64,000 nucleotides of DNA. Source: Isurus oxyrinchus. Taxonomy: Eukaryota. The stretch covers positions 1,612,001 to 1,676,000 of the forward strand of contig JANJGN010000052.1 of assembly GCA_026770705.1 (NCBI GenBank), given 5' to 3'. Below are positions 12,321-25,552 of this stretch, in pieces (position 1 is the first letter of the stretch; every line of letters starts with the position of its first letter). Made by a program: the position numbers and the translations under genes. The notes below the pieces were generated by a model. That model saw nothing but the letters and a program-made list of their open reading frames with translations. It searched no databases and was not told the DNA's origin.

Positions 12321-12770
12321 TGTCCACTCCCAGATATTTCCTCAGCTTCTAACTCTGAAGTTCTGAAAGAGAAAGGAGTTAATGAGACTTCACCTCTTGT
12401 CCGACAGCTCTCGAGAGATCAGAACTGCTTTTAGACAATATCTTCACAGACAAATTTGATTCTCTGTGGGATGATAGGTGCTCTGCAGAGAGTTACAAGG
12501 CTTTAAGAAAGAAAAACACTGAAGGACTTGCATTTCTATAGCACCTTTCACCACCTCAGGACACCCCAAAGCTCATGTCCCTGCTCTTCTCTCATCCCTT
12601 GAGCTAGAAAGATGTTCTGTACAACAGACTTGAGCCTCACACCCAGATCTCAATAATCAGTAGAAATCTTTCAAAGGCATCAATCATTGGAATCTGTCTT
12701 TATAAAGTCACAACATCAACAAAGGACGGTGTTGGTGGTGGAAGTGAATTCCAATCGTTCCGTTACTTAC

Positions 12771-12912
12771 CCAGGACCTGTCCGACTGCTCGCCTGGGGA
12801 GGAACTGCCCACACGCTCTGCTTGGGCTGAATGACCTCTTCCTGTGCTGATCCATCTGTGTATTTAATTAGAAAGGATTGATGTGTCTCTGTGAGACAAA
12901 ATGAGGAAGTTG
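12771..12912 (-). promoter_or_regulatory. Gene A non-coding first exon and proximal promoter with PU.1/ETS-type site AAAATGAGGAAGT (12898-12910)
   Basis: CTGG/GTAAGT donor; block conserved in three copies; the TSS is not determinable from sequence. Confidence 0.6.
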
Positions 12913-12989
12913 GAACAAAGTGAGTGAACAGCACTTTGCTGTGCACTGTCAGTAAACCCTGTGTCTGTATAAGAATATAAGAACAGAAC

Positions 12990-15920
12990 AAGTAGGATCA
13001 GCTGGACACCCTGACATTTTCACTCCTTATATTCCATCCACTCATTTTTTTATCCACTCACTGAAACTATTTATCTCCCTCTGCAGCCTCTTTGTGTCCT
13101 CCTCACAACTTGCTTTCCTGCCCAGCTTATATATTTCCTACCTATCTTCACCATACAGTCAGAAAATCTGCCGACAGTACAGTCAGTCCCTTCATCCAAG
13201 TCACTAATGTAGATTGTGAATAGTTGAGGCCTCAGCACTGATCCCTGTGGCTCTCCACTAGTTACAGTTTACCAAGCTGAAAATCACCCATTTATCCTGG
13301 CTCTCTGTTTCCTGTCAGTTAGCCAGTCCTCTATCCAAATTAATATATCCCCCCCGACACCATCCAATTTCACCCTGTGCAGTATCCTTTGATGTGGCTC
13401 CTTATCGAATGCCTTTTGGAAATGCAATGTCATGAAGAGATATTTGTGTGTAAAATGTGCTTGGAAATTATTAATAAAATAGAATTCTAGTGGTGGTCCA
13501 TGTATAGGTGTGTGTCTGGGTGTGTCTTAATTGGATTAAAGCCAACTGGTCTGTGTGTTTTGATGTTTAATAGTTTTGAGATGTTAATTGGGTGAATTGT
13601 GAGGAGAACAGTAAATTGTTCATTTGCAATTGTTGAATAAACCATTCCAGACAGGGGGTAAAATCTTGCACCTAGTTAGAAGGAGCCAAAAGATGTGTTT
13701 TTTCTTGAACTTACTAATGAAATTGGTGCTATGAAAGGGGGTTTTATTGTTCGAAGAGGTGGAGTTCAGAAGACCGAGTGATACAATGGAAAATTTACAT
13801 TCAAAGGGAAAGCTAGCTATATAAAGGAAGGAGTTTGTGTGTGTGAGGCAGGAGCATTTCAGACCTAACCAGCCTGTAGCCTCCAACCAACTTCTAAAGG
13901 AACCTCATTCGGAATTCATAATGTCAAATGTGCTTTGCCTGGTGTCTACATTATGTCAATGGTTCATTGTTGCCTTAGGAGAGATTTATGTACGGGTGAT
14001 TAATTTGGGGATTTGTTAAAATGTTATTATAGTAGTTATTTGTAGCCAATGTGTATGTGTTAAATTTGTTGTTAAATTAATAAATGGTTTATTTAGTTTT
14101 ATATAAAAAACCCACAATCCTCGGTGGTCTTATTCCTACTGAATTCAAAGTCTTCATCTCGACATTACAAACAGCAAAATTGGGTTACGACAGTTGTTTC
14201 AATTTTCCCTCTGGGATTTGAACAACTCAGCCTTTACCCTTGGCTGTGTCATAGTCCCTAATACACCACATCTACAGGTTCCCCTTTATCCAATCCACTT
14301 GTTACATCCTCGAGGAAATCTAATTATTTTTTCAAACATGATATCCCTTTCACAAACCCATGTTGACTCTGTCTGATTGAATTATGGATTTCTAAATGTC
14401 CTGCTGCTCCCTCCTTCATAATGAATTCTGGTATTTTCCCAATGACAGATGTTAGACTAACTGACCTGTAGTTTCTTGCTTTCTGCCTCCTCCCTTTATT
14501 GAACAGAAATGTTTCATTTATGTTTTTCCAATCCGCTGGGACCTTCCCATAATCTAAGGAATTCTGGAAGATTACAACCAATGCATCCACCGTCTCTGCA
14601 GCCATTTCCTTTCAGACCCTCACGTTCAGGCCGTCTGCTCCATGGGACTTGTCAGCATCTGTCTCATTAGTTTTCTTAATACTTTTTCTCTGGTGATAGT
14701 GATTGTTTTATGTTCCTCCCTCCTTGTTGCACCGTGACTTTCTCCTGCTATTGGGATGGTTTTAGAGATTTTTACTGTGAAGACAGACACAAAATTCTTG
14801 TTGAAAGTCTCTGTCATTTCCTGTTTCCCATTATTAATTCCCCAGTCTGATTTTCTATGTGTCCCATTATTACTGGAGCTTCTCTCTTATTTTAATGTAC
14901 AACATCTCACTGTCATTGTTTATGGTTCTTGCTAGTTTACTCTCATATCATCATTTCTGCCCCCTTATATTTCTTCCCTCACTTTTCTGGTTTCTCAAAT
15001 ATTCCCAATCTCCAGCCTATCACTAAGCATCCCAACATTGCCGGCTTTATCTCACAATTGGATACCGTCCTTAGCTTCCTGAGTTAGCCGCCGATGCTCC
15101 ATCCTTCTTATAGATTCTTTCTTTCTTACTGGAAAATATCTTCATTGGAATTTATGAAACATCTCTTTAGACGCCTATTACTCTTCACCTACCCACCCCC
15201 CTTTAACCTGCTGTCCCACTCTACTTGGGCCGACTCTACTTTTAACCCTTGTAATTGCCTTTAGTTAAGTTTATGACACTAGCTTAAGACCCAAGTTTCT
15301 AAACTGAATATTAAATTTCAACACCGTATGATTACTCTTCCCTTGAGGGTCCTTTACAATGAGATGTTAATTAGTCTTGTCTCATTAAACATTGCCAGGA
15401 CTAAAACAGCCTCTTCCCTGATTGGTTCCATGTTGGATTGTTCTAAAATACTGTCCTGAATACAATCTGTATAACCTCGCTGAAAGCTACATTTGCTAAT
15501 CTGATTTGGCTAATCCATATGACGATTGAAAACTCCCATGATTAATGTGGTGCCTTTCTCATAAACCTCCTCATGTATTGATTTATAATCTACCCCTGCA
15601 GTGTAACTACATTCAGGGGGGAGTATAAACCAACCCACCAGTGATTTCTTTCCCTTGCAATTCCTTATATTCACCCAAACTGACTGTGCATCTTGACATC
15701 TGAGCCAAAATCATTTCTCACTACTTTACAGGTCTCATCTTTTATTAACAGAGCGACCCCACCTCCTTTTCATTTTTCCTATCCTTTCAAAGATTCCAAA
15801 TATCCTTCAATTTTCAATTTCCAACCTTGGTCACTTTGCAACCAACTCTCTGCAGTGTCCATCTTATCGTACCCATTAATCTCTATTTGTGCTATAACTT
15901 CATTCATTTGTTCCAACTTT
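12990..15920 (-). mobile_element. Degenerate CR1 LINE ORF2 (endonuclease/RT), interrupted by a solo LTR
   Basis: Minus peptides VPADWK...NYRSVSLTSVIGKI...SQHGFVKG.SCL. Confidence 0.8.
13428..14255. mobile_element. Probable solo LTR
   Basis: Starts TG, interrupts the CR1, and is similar to 17988-18744. Confidence 0.55.
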
Positions 15921-17051
15921 ATATTTTATATATTCATTCTTCCATGGGAAGTGGGCATCACTGGCTAGGCCAGCATTTATGGCCCATCCTTAATTACCTT
16001 GAGAAGGTGGTGGTGAGCTGCCTTCCTGACCCTCTGCACTCCATGTGGTGTAGGTACACCCACAATGCAGTTAGAGAAGGAAGTCCAAGATTTTGACCCT
16101 AGTGGCAGTGAAGGGACGGCGATATATTTCAAAATCAGGATGATGTGTGTCTTGGAGGCGAACTTCCAGGTGGTGGTGTCTGGGCATTTCAATCCCTTGT
16201 GACAATAAATGTAATATTATAGAAAATGCAAAGGCTTCTTGTAATCTATCACAGAATAAACAAGTTGCAGAATTCAGAAAGCACTTTCTGAAATGTCAAC
16301 AAAGTTCAGTGACATCACATTTCTGCTAATTACTATTCGGCCATGTTGGCTGCACGCAGTCAGGCAGTCCCTCGGTTGTGATGTGTCCACACAGCAGTAC
16401 TGGGATGCATCAGCATCAAAGGACATGCTTAGTTGTTGCCGTGCAATGCATTTATTGCGAGGCTGTTGCACACACGCCCTGTCGATGGACCCTCCGAATT
16501 ACCATTCTGAATCGAGGCAAATCAACTTTCCTGCAACAACTTGCATTTATATGGCACACTTAATGTAACAAACTGTCCCCAATCTCTTCAGGGGATTGTC
16601 ACCTACATATAAATCCATCTCAGAGACACATAATGAGGTATTAGGGACAGGTGACAAAAAGCTGATTTCACAAAGCCAGTTAATNNNNNNNNNNNNNNNN
16701 NNNNNNNNNNNNNNNNNNNNNNNNNNNNNNNNNNNNNNNNNNNNNNNNNNNNNNNNNNNNNNNNNNNNNNNNNNNNNNNNNNNNNNNNNNNNNNNNNNNN
16801 NNNNNNNNNNNNNNNNNNNNNNNNNNNNNNNNNNNNNNNNNNNNNNNNNNNNACTGAATCTCTGTCCCCAATGACTCAGCATCAAGTCGTCACTGGGGAA
16901 ACATTTCATTCCAAACCACACCAACCACAGACCCATTCAGTCCCTTCCTCCCTCTCTCCCCCTCTCCCCCAGTGGGTTGTCTCATGTTCCCAAGAATCTT
17001 CATCCCTGCCACCATCCACAAACCTCCTGACCACCTCTGCCTTTTTCACGC

Positions 17052-17300
17052 TCAGTTTCTCTTGAATCTGATCTGTGCGTATTCCGTCTGCTCTTCCCTG
17101 TGGACAGACCCATCACCACTGGGCACCCTGAAGACTTAGGGATTGGCGTAGAGAAGCTCGTCGGGATTGTCAGGGTTCCCATGTCCAGCATCGCCTCCCA
17201 CTGCACATTCAGAGACACCCCGGGGAGCTGGGGTCTCCCCCTCGCTAGTTGTGTCTCTGGTTGTGTTCCGGGGCTCAGTAATCAGCACGTTCTGTTTACC
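17052..17300 (-). pseudogene. Orphan Siglec terminal tail exon with in-frame stop (…LLYANP*VFRVP…TEYAQIRFKRN*)
   Basis: 249-nt paralog of 58791-59039; TAA at 17138-17136 where the 20.1-kb copy has CAA. Confidence 0.85.
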
Positions 17301-17444
17301 CTACAGAGAAATGGAAACAGAAGACATCCTCACATCATTTACTGGCACTGATAGGGTTAAATTATTCTGCAGCCTCGTTAGTATCAGTCGTGGGTCAGTG
17401 GGTTTAACCCTCTCTTACATGTCTTATGAAAGAAAACACCTATG

Positions 17445-17860
17445 GCAGTGCAGTGCTCCCTCAGTACTGACCCTTCGATAGTGCAGCACTTCCTCAATGC
17501 TGACCATCCAACAGTGCAGCACTCCCTCAGTACTGACCCTCCGACAGTGCAGCGCTCCCTCAGTACTGACCCTCCAACAGTGCAGCGCTCCCTCAGTACT
17601 GACCCTCCGACAGTACAGGTCTTCCTCAGTACTGACCCTCTGACAGTGCAGCACACCCTCAGTACTGACCCTCTGACAGTGCAGCACTCCCTCAGTACTG
17701 ACCCTCCAACAGTGCAGCGCTCCCTCAGTACTGACCCTCCGACAGTACAGGTCTTCCTCAGTACTGACCCTCTGACAGTGCAGCACTCCCTCAGTACTGA
17801 CCCTCTGACAGTGCAGCACTCCCTCAGTGCTGACCCTCTGTCAGTCTCGCACTCCCTCGG
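17445..17860. repeat. 33-bp minisatellite
   Basis: Tandem units of the same family. Confidence 0.9.
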
Positions 17861-17987
17861 TAATGGCTCTGGCGAGTGTCGGCTTGGATTCTGCACTCAG
17901 GTGCCTGGTGTGAGGCTCAATAACATGAATCTTGTAATCAGAGAGAGGATGAGAGAGAGAGAGAGAGATGAAGGGTCAGAGACAGAG

Positions 17988-18744
17988 CGTTATGAATCTA
18001 TTAATGTATGTATTGTAATTGGAAATTGTCTTTTTAAACAGAGGTTCAGTCTGTGGGTGTGTGTGTGTGTGTTTTAATTGGATTAAAGCCAGCCGGTCTG
18101 GGTACTTTGATGTATAGTAGTTTTGAGATGTAAACAAAGAGGTAAAGAGGCATATTGCATTTTTAAAAGGAGGATTCAAAGCCTGGGAGTGAATTCTTAA
18201 ACCAATCAATGTTTATATTACTAATAAAATTGATACTATGAAACGGGAATTATAGTTAGAAGAGATGGAGATCAAAGGTCCTGATGATACAATGAGAATT
18301 TACATTCAAAGAGAAGAGCTGGGTATAACTTGAGCAGTTTTGTGTGTGCAGAGCAGAGGCTTGTAACATCAAAGCAGCTGTAAGCCTACACCTGTTAGCA
18401 AAGGAACCAAAGTGAAAGGAACCTCATTTGGAATTTGTGAGGTGAAAATGCTTTGCTTGGAATCTGCTTAAAGTCTATGGGTTGTCTTAGAGGACGTTAG
18501 TTTGGGAATTTGTTAAAAAGTTATGATAGTACTAGCTTGTAGCCATGTGCATATGATTAACTTGTGAAAATTAATAAATGTCTCATGTAGTTTGATATAA
18601 ACTCATCTCGAGAACTGGTGGTCTTATTCCTGAATTTAGAGATGCATCTCAAACATTCCACTGGGAAATATAGGTTATGACAGTTGTTTAAAGTTTCCCT
18701 CTGGGATTTTAAACAACAGCCTTTACCAGTTGCTGTGTCATAAC
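17988..18744. mobile_element. Probable solo LTR
   Basis: Ends CATAACA; absent from the paralogous intron of gene D (~60240); similar to 13428-14255. Confidence 0.6.
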
Positions 18745-18880
18745 AGAGAGACAGCATGATATTGAACCATTGCTGACTCCACAGGTACAAATCAGTGGGT
18801 AACTGGGCAGGGAATCTGTGACATGTGTTGTCTACACACTGAGATTGAAGATTTGGTGTAAGTGTAAACAGTTCCTGTAC

Positions 18881-18962
18881 CTGGTGCTTCACAGAGAGTG
18901 GACTGGGAGTCAAGGCAATGTCACTGGTCCCTGAAACTCTCTCCTCCATCGCTGTCTTTCTC
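18881..18962 (-). CDS. Orphan cytoplasmic exon RKTAMEERVSGTSDIALTPSPLSVKHQ
   Basis: 82 nt, phase 2 to 0, intact splice sites, same peptide as 60386-60467; no TM exon nearby upstream. Confidence 0.65.
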
Positions 18963-19099
18963 CTGTAATAACACAATATCACACTGTGGTTATCATATAG
19001 CAGAGAGTCAGTGTAGCACAGACACAGAGCCCACTGTAATCTTAGACCAACGACTGGGACTGTCTCTTTAAATCAGTTCTATACAAAGCACAGAATCAA

Positions 19100-19550
19100 G
19101 AAGCTTGACACCATCCAGGACAAAGCAGCCCGATTGATCCACACCCCATCCACCACATTAAACATTCACTCCCTCCACCATGAACACACAGAGGCAGCAG
19201 TGTGTGTACCATCTACAAGATGCACTGCAGCAACTCAGCAAGGCTCCTTCGACAGCACCTTCCAAACCCACGACCTCTACCATCTAGAAGGACAAGGGCA
19301 GCAGACACATGGGAACACCACCACCTGGAAGTTCCCCTCCAAGTCACTCACCATCCTGACTTGGAAATATATCATCGTTCCTTCACTGTCACTGGGTCAA
19401 AATCCCGGAACTCCCTCCCTAACAGCACTGTGGGTGTACCTACACCACATGGACTGCAGCGGGTCAAGAAGGCTGATCACCACCACCTTCTCAAGGGCAA
19501 TTAGGGATGGGCATTAATGCTGGCTTCACCAGTGACAGCCACATTTGATG
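19100..19550 (+). mobile_element. LINE 3' fragment
   Basis: Matches 2750-3190 and 56550-57000. Confidence 0.7.
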
Positions 19551-20135
19551 TAAGAATTAAAAATCTCACAGCTCAATGTATTTATTGGGATCCTCCTGCA
19601 CACACGCCCTGTCGAAGGAGCCTTTGTGGTTCCATTGTTAATCAAAGCAGATCAGACTTACTGCAACTACTTGCATTTATATAGCACCTTTAATGTAGCA
19701 AAATGTCCCAAGGCTCATCCGGGAATTGTTAGTCACATCTTCACCTGACTCTGAGGCACATGAGGAGATATAAGGGACAGGAGACCAACAGCTGAGTCAA
19801 CAAAGTCAGTTATTAACGGGCATCTTAAAGGAGGAGCTGGAGATAGAGAATGAGTGACAGACACAGAAAGAAAGACAGAGACAGGGAGAGAGAGAACAAG
19901 AGAGCGAGAGAGAGAGAGAGAGAGACAGAGAGAGACAGTGAATCTCTATCCCCAGTGGCTCAGCATCCAGTCCTCTCTGGAGAAGCATTTCATTCCAAAC
20001 CACACCAACCGCAGCCCAATCCCATCCCTTCCTCCCTCTCTCCCCCTCTCCCCCCGTGGGTTGTTTCCTGTTCCCAGGAATCTCAATCACTACCCCCACC
20101 CCCATACCTCCTCACTCCCTCTCCCCATTTTTCAT

Positions 20136-20384
20136 TCAGTTATGCTCGAACCTGATCTGTGCGTATTCCGTCTCCTGATCCCTGTGGACAGACCCATCAT
20201 CACTGGACATCCTCAATACTTGGGGATTGGCGTAGAGAAGGCCGTTGGGATTGTCGATGTGCCAATGTCCAGCATCGCCTCCCAATGCACCTTCAGAGAG
20301 ACCCCGGGGAGCTGGGGTCTCCCCCTCACTAGTTGTGTCTCTGGTTGTGTTCCGGGCCTCAGTAATCAGCACGTTCTGTTTACC
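20136..20384 (-). CDS. Orphan terminal tail exon: degenerate ITIM (LLYANP), intact ITSM (TEYAQI)
   Basis: Open 249-nt exon with ctctgtag acceptor; paralog of 58791-59039. Confidence 0.65.
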   Translation of the reverse strand, partial: GKQNVLITEARNTTRDTTSEGETPAPRGLSEGALGGDAGHWHIDNPNGLLYANPQVLRMSSDDGSVHRDQETEYAQIRFEHN

Positions 20385-20529
20385 CTACAGAGAAATGGAA
20401 ACAGAAGACATCCTCACATCAATTACTGGCACTGATAGGGTTAAATTATTGTGCAGCCTCGTTAGTGTCAGTCGTGTCTCAGTGGGTTTAACCCTCTCTC
20501 TCATGTCATCTGAAAGAAACCACCTATGG

Positions 20530-21200
20530 CAGTGCAGTGCTCCCTCAGTACTGACCCCCCCGACTGTGCAGCACATCCTCAATAGTGACCCTCTGTCAGT
20601 CTCGCACTCCCTCTGTACAGTGCAGCACTTCCTTAGCACTGACCCTCTGACAGTGCAGCACTCCCTCGGAACTGACCCTCCATCAGTGCAGCGCTCACTC
20701 AGTACTGACCCTCCAACAGTGCAGCACTCCCTTAGCACTGACCCTCTGACAGTGCAGCACTCACTCAGTACTGACCCTCCATCAGTGCAGCACTCCCTTA
20801 GCCCTGACCCTCTGACAGTGCAGCACTCCCTCACTACTGACCCTCCAACAATGCAGCACTGCCTTAGCGCTGACCCTCTGACAGTGCAGCACTCACTCAG
20901 TACTGACCCTCCAACAGTGCAGCACTCCCTTAGCCCTGACCCTCTGACAGTGCAGCACTCCCTCAGTACTGACCCTCCAACAGTGCAGCACTCCCTTTTC
21001 ACTGACCCTCTGACAGTGCAGCACTCCCTCAGTACTGACCCTGCAACAGTGCAGCACTTCCTTAGCACTGACCCTCTGATGGTGCAGTACTCCCACATTA
21101 CTGACCCTCTGACAGTGCAGCACTCACTCAGTACTGACCCCTCCAACATTGCAGCATTCCCTCTGCACTGACCCTCTGACAGTGCAGCACTCCCTCAGTA
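20530..21200. repeat. 33-bp minisatellite
   Basis: Tandem units of the same family. Confidence 0.9.
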
Positions 21201-21422
21201 ATGATACCACAGATTGTCGACATGGACCATATGGCCAGAGACCTGTATTGGGAACTCTTATCGCCTGAGTTTCAGCCTCCGAGGTGAGGGGAAGGGGTCT
21301 AATCCCACAGAGCCATTGGAGAAGCTTCATGACTACAGCTGCCCAAATATGAGCTGACAGATCACACATGGTAAACGTTTTGCTGAGAGCACAAAACATC
21401 CTCAATCTTCTCACTGATTACC

Positions 21423-21563
21423 CACTTCCTCATTTTGTCTCACAGTGACACATCAACCCTTTCTAATTAAACACACAGAGGGATCAGCACAGGAAGAGGT
21501 CATTCTGCCCAAGCAGAGCGGGTGGGCAGTTCCTCCCCAGGTGAGCAGTCGGACAGGTCCTGG
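21423..21563 (+). promoter_or_regulatory. Gene B promoter (PU.1 motif CACTTCCTCATTTT 21423-21436) and non-coding first exon (donor GTAAGT at 21564)
   Basis: Inverted copy of 12771-12912. Confidence 0.6.
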
Positions 21564-22013
21564 GTAAGTAACGGAACGATTGGAATTCACTTCCACCACC
21601 AACACCATCCTTTGTTGATGTTGTGACTTTATAAAGACAGATTCCAATGATTGATGCCTTTGAAAGATTTCTACTGATTATTGAGATCTGGGTGTGAGGC
21701 TCAAGTCTGTTGTACAGAACATCTTTCTAGCTCAAGGGATGAGGGAAGAGCAGAGACATGAGCTTTGGGACATCTTGAGGTGGTGAAAGGTGCTATAGAA
21801 ATGCAAACCCTTCATTGTTTTTCTTTGTTAAAGTCTTGTGACTCTCTGCAGAGCACCTATCATCCCACAGATAATCAAATTAGTCTGAGAAAACATTGTC
21901 TAAAAGCAGTTCTGATCTCTCGAGAGCTGTCGGACAATAGGTGAGGTCTCATTAACTCCTTTCTCTTTCACAGCTTGAGAGTCAGAAGTGGATGGAATAT
22001 CTGGGAGTGGACA

Positions 22014-22053
22014 ATGATCGGGAAATCTTACTTCCTCCTGTCACTTCTCCAAG
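22014..22053 (+). CDS. Gene B signal-peptide exon MIGKSYFLLSLLQ(G)
   Basis: Identical peptide to the gene A leader; phase-1 donor gtaat. Confidence 0.9.
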
Positions 22054-23298
22054 GTAATATCATCGTCAGCTCAGACAGATTTATGGCTAATAGTCTTTGT
22101 AAAAGATCATTCTTATTGAGTGTGATTGGGAACCGATTCAGCAGTGAGCCAGTGTACAAACTCACACCAAGTCCCATTCACCCATCACCCCTGTGCTCAC
22201 TGATATACACTGACTCCCTGTCTGACAGCAGAATTGGAGGAGAATAGAGATCTCAGAGGGTTGTAAGAACTGGAGGAGGTTACAGAGATAGGGAGGGGAG
22301 AGGGTGGATTGCGGGTAAGAAATCAATGATGAGAATTTGAAATTTGAGTCATTGCTGGACTGGGAGCCAATGTAGGTCAGCCAGTGACAGGGGAGCGATC
22401 GGCTGAATAGAGAAACAGGGATAAAAACTGGGGAATGAGGTCTATCCTGATGCTAGGACTCGGATAACAATGCCCTGAAATTTTGTGTCATTTGCTGATT
22501 TTAGTCAGAATTTCCCATGAAGACAACACAGCAGCTCCTAGAATAGACAGGCTGTTCAGTGTCACACTTCCTGTCCATTCTCACCATGCTAGATACTTCA
22601 ATAAGGGAGCAAGATAACTGAAAGAGAGAGGAAGGTAAAGCTGTCTGTGTGTAAAACTGTCAAATATTCTGAGTTATCATGATTGTCTCTGACCTGCTGC
22701 AGAGTTTAAAGTTCTCAGAACATTAGCACTTTGCAGCTCAGAGAGAGACCATTGACTCACTGCCTGAAAGGGCGGTGGAAGCAGATTCAACAGGAACTTT
22801 CAGAAGGGGAACTGGATAAATACTTGAAGGGGACATTTTGCAGGGCTGTGGAGGAGAGAGCAGAGGTTAGAGTGGGACTTATTGGACAGAACTTTCAAAG
22901 GTCCAGCACAGGCTCGATGGGCCAAATGACTTCCTTCTCTTCCAGATCATTCTACAATCTGATAAATTAAGCCCCACATCAATAACTCTTAAGGCTCCTG
23001 CTGCAGGGATGGATCTTTGAGAAGGACAGAGAATAAGAGGTTTCTGGTATCATTTTCATATTGTACTGAATCTTGCTGCCAGAATGTTTGGTCACCGCTG
23101 ATCACCATGTTGTGTTTTTATAATGATATAAAGGCACCAGCCACTGATACGGAATTGGGTAAATACATTGTGGGTTCAGTTATTTTGAATAGGGACATGA
23201 GAACAGATGTACAAGGATAGAAAGCTGGGAGACACCTGCAGCCAAACTGTGTGAGCTGTGTTCTGCTCACAGACCAAAGTGAAACTTGGACTGGATGG

Positions 23299-24569
23299 TG
23301 TTATCATCCCAGCTGATGTTACTACTGGGCAAGTCAGATCCCAGGGTGGAACTCAGCTTGATAGGTCCTAACTTATATTTTTTATTTAGGAATGTGGAGT
23401 GCGGCTACTGAACAGAGTCACAGGAGTCATCTGATGAACTTCTAACAAAAGAATAAAACATTTATTAAACTAGGAAAGACAAACTATATGACATTACTCC
23501 TTCACCCAGACCTATACATTTACAGTTTCATAAGGATAACACAATTACAATAACTAACTTATACTCTCATGTTCACACTAAGTACACAGTCGATGTAAAA
23601 CAGTAGACGACCTGGGGTCAGGGACACCACATTCTGAAACCAAGTGACAGAACCCACTTGGAACAAATGCTCCGGGTCCCTCCTCAACTGACTCTAGACG
23701 CTTGTTACACCGTGAGGCAACTGGTCTAACGAAACTGTATCTTTCACATGAGAGTTTCCAATCTCTACTCACCAAGTGCTCTCTTTGGAATCTTCTCCAA
23801 CATGACACTTTCACTCAGAGACCTTCCACAAGGGTCCACTTTCACTATTTCAAACTCTCCTTCCCATGTTCCTGCCCCCTGGATCGCCACGTGCATTCAG
23901 CCTTCCTTCCACGCCCTGTCTGTCCAATGCTCAGCCGTGTCAATGGAACACCATGGCTTCACATGGCCGTAGTAATGAGTCACCAACCTGTGGTGTCTCC
24001 TAGGATCTTCTGGCTTCTCATAAGCCTTTTTTGCTTTGGGTCTGTGTCCTTTTGCCCATTCTCTTTTAGCTTGGATCCCTCCTCTGAACCTCAACCTTAA
24101 CTTGACTTAACAGGACCTTGTCCAGATTCCTGATCTTCCTTGGACGAGAAGGTCTTCTTGGGCCCTTTCTCCTGTTCCACTCGATAGTTTTGGCTTCTTC
24201 TTTACTTTGGGACTGACTATCTGTCCCGCTCCTTTGCTGCTTCTCCTGGCAACTCCTTTCAACAGAACTGAAAGTACTTTTCTGTTTTTCTCGGTCTCTG
24301 TGGGTCCTTCCCTCTGCATCACTGTTGCTAGGCAACAGCACAGTTTCTTACACCTTGTATTTGGTTTGACTTCCCTTCAACAGTCACCAAACCCCATTAG
24401 ATTGCTGGCTTCTATAAAAATGAAACTAAAAGTCAAGTTTCCCCCTTTCTTAACACACAAATACAGAAATCAAACTAAACTTGAACTTAAAGATAGACCT
24501 TATGCCTAACACACACAAATACACATAGAACTTCCTTAACCTATCCCCAGTTCCTAAAATCACATGACA
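23299..24569. mobile_element. LTR-like insertion
   Basis: TG...CA termini; no counterpart seen in the matching intron of gene A. Confidence 0.45.
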
Positions 24570-24623
24570 CACTTCCCCTCGAGTGATGTCATGCTGCTAT
24601 CCCTGAAAGGCATATTACAACAG

Positions 24624-25552
24624 TGTTATCACTTGACAGGTGATGTGTGCCAGGCAGACCAAGTCCATGAGAGAAAGGTGGTCACACGATCATAATGATT
24701 TTGCAATTTGTATTTATTATGAGATGTGTGCACTGAATTCAGAAGCAATAATTACTCTAGGAACTTTAGAGATTTGAAAATTAAATTAAAATACTTGCTC
24801 TCAGAATAAATGATATCATGCATGTACATGACACTACAATTACCATTTTAATAATAATTCTTAAAATTCCGAAATAACCTGACTCCCAGTTACACTCCCT
24901 TTAAGGCAACGGTCCAAAAATAGAGTTTATATTTAAAACAAACCCAGCAAGTTAACACAATATAAAAGCAATACCCTGCACAGAGGAATTCCAAGTGGCT
25001 TTTCCCCAACTTCAGTTCTGTTGGATAGCAGGCTTGTGCACAAATGCTAGTGGTTTCATTAAGACTATATCACACACTCGTGTTAGATCTTACATGGCAT
25101 TCTGACACATAGCCTTTCATTCTCCCTGATAGATATATATTTCTCTCTTTGTAACATGAAAATTCTATTGTTCCAAATGTTTTTGAAACTGTATCTTCCT
25201 CATAACAAATTCTTTTGTGGTGCCCATATTGCCAGGAGCCTTTGAGAAAAATAAGCACATTCCTTAGTCTTGCTTATCTGGCTAGTTGGAAACAAACTAA
25301 GATTCCTTTGAAATCCAACAACCCCTTCATTGAAATAAAAATGCAAATTCTCTTCATACCTTCCATGCTAAGCAGCATCCATGTTTACTCAATAGCATGT
25401 CAAGCACCTAGCTCCTTTTGATCATTTTAAACTTCCAATCTAATTAACTCCAAATGTACTTAAATCACATGCAGACCCATCATGCGTACCCCCATAAACC
25501 TACTTCACAATATACTATAAAATTTTATGAAAATTATTATACTTTCATCACA
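24624..25552. mobile_element. Solo LTR
   Basis: TG...CA termini, 4-bp flanks acag/atag, colinear with 57610-58499. Confidence 0.6.
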
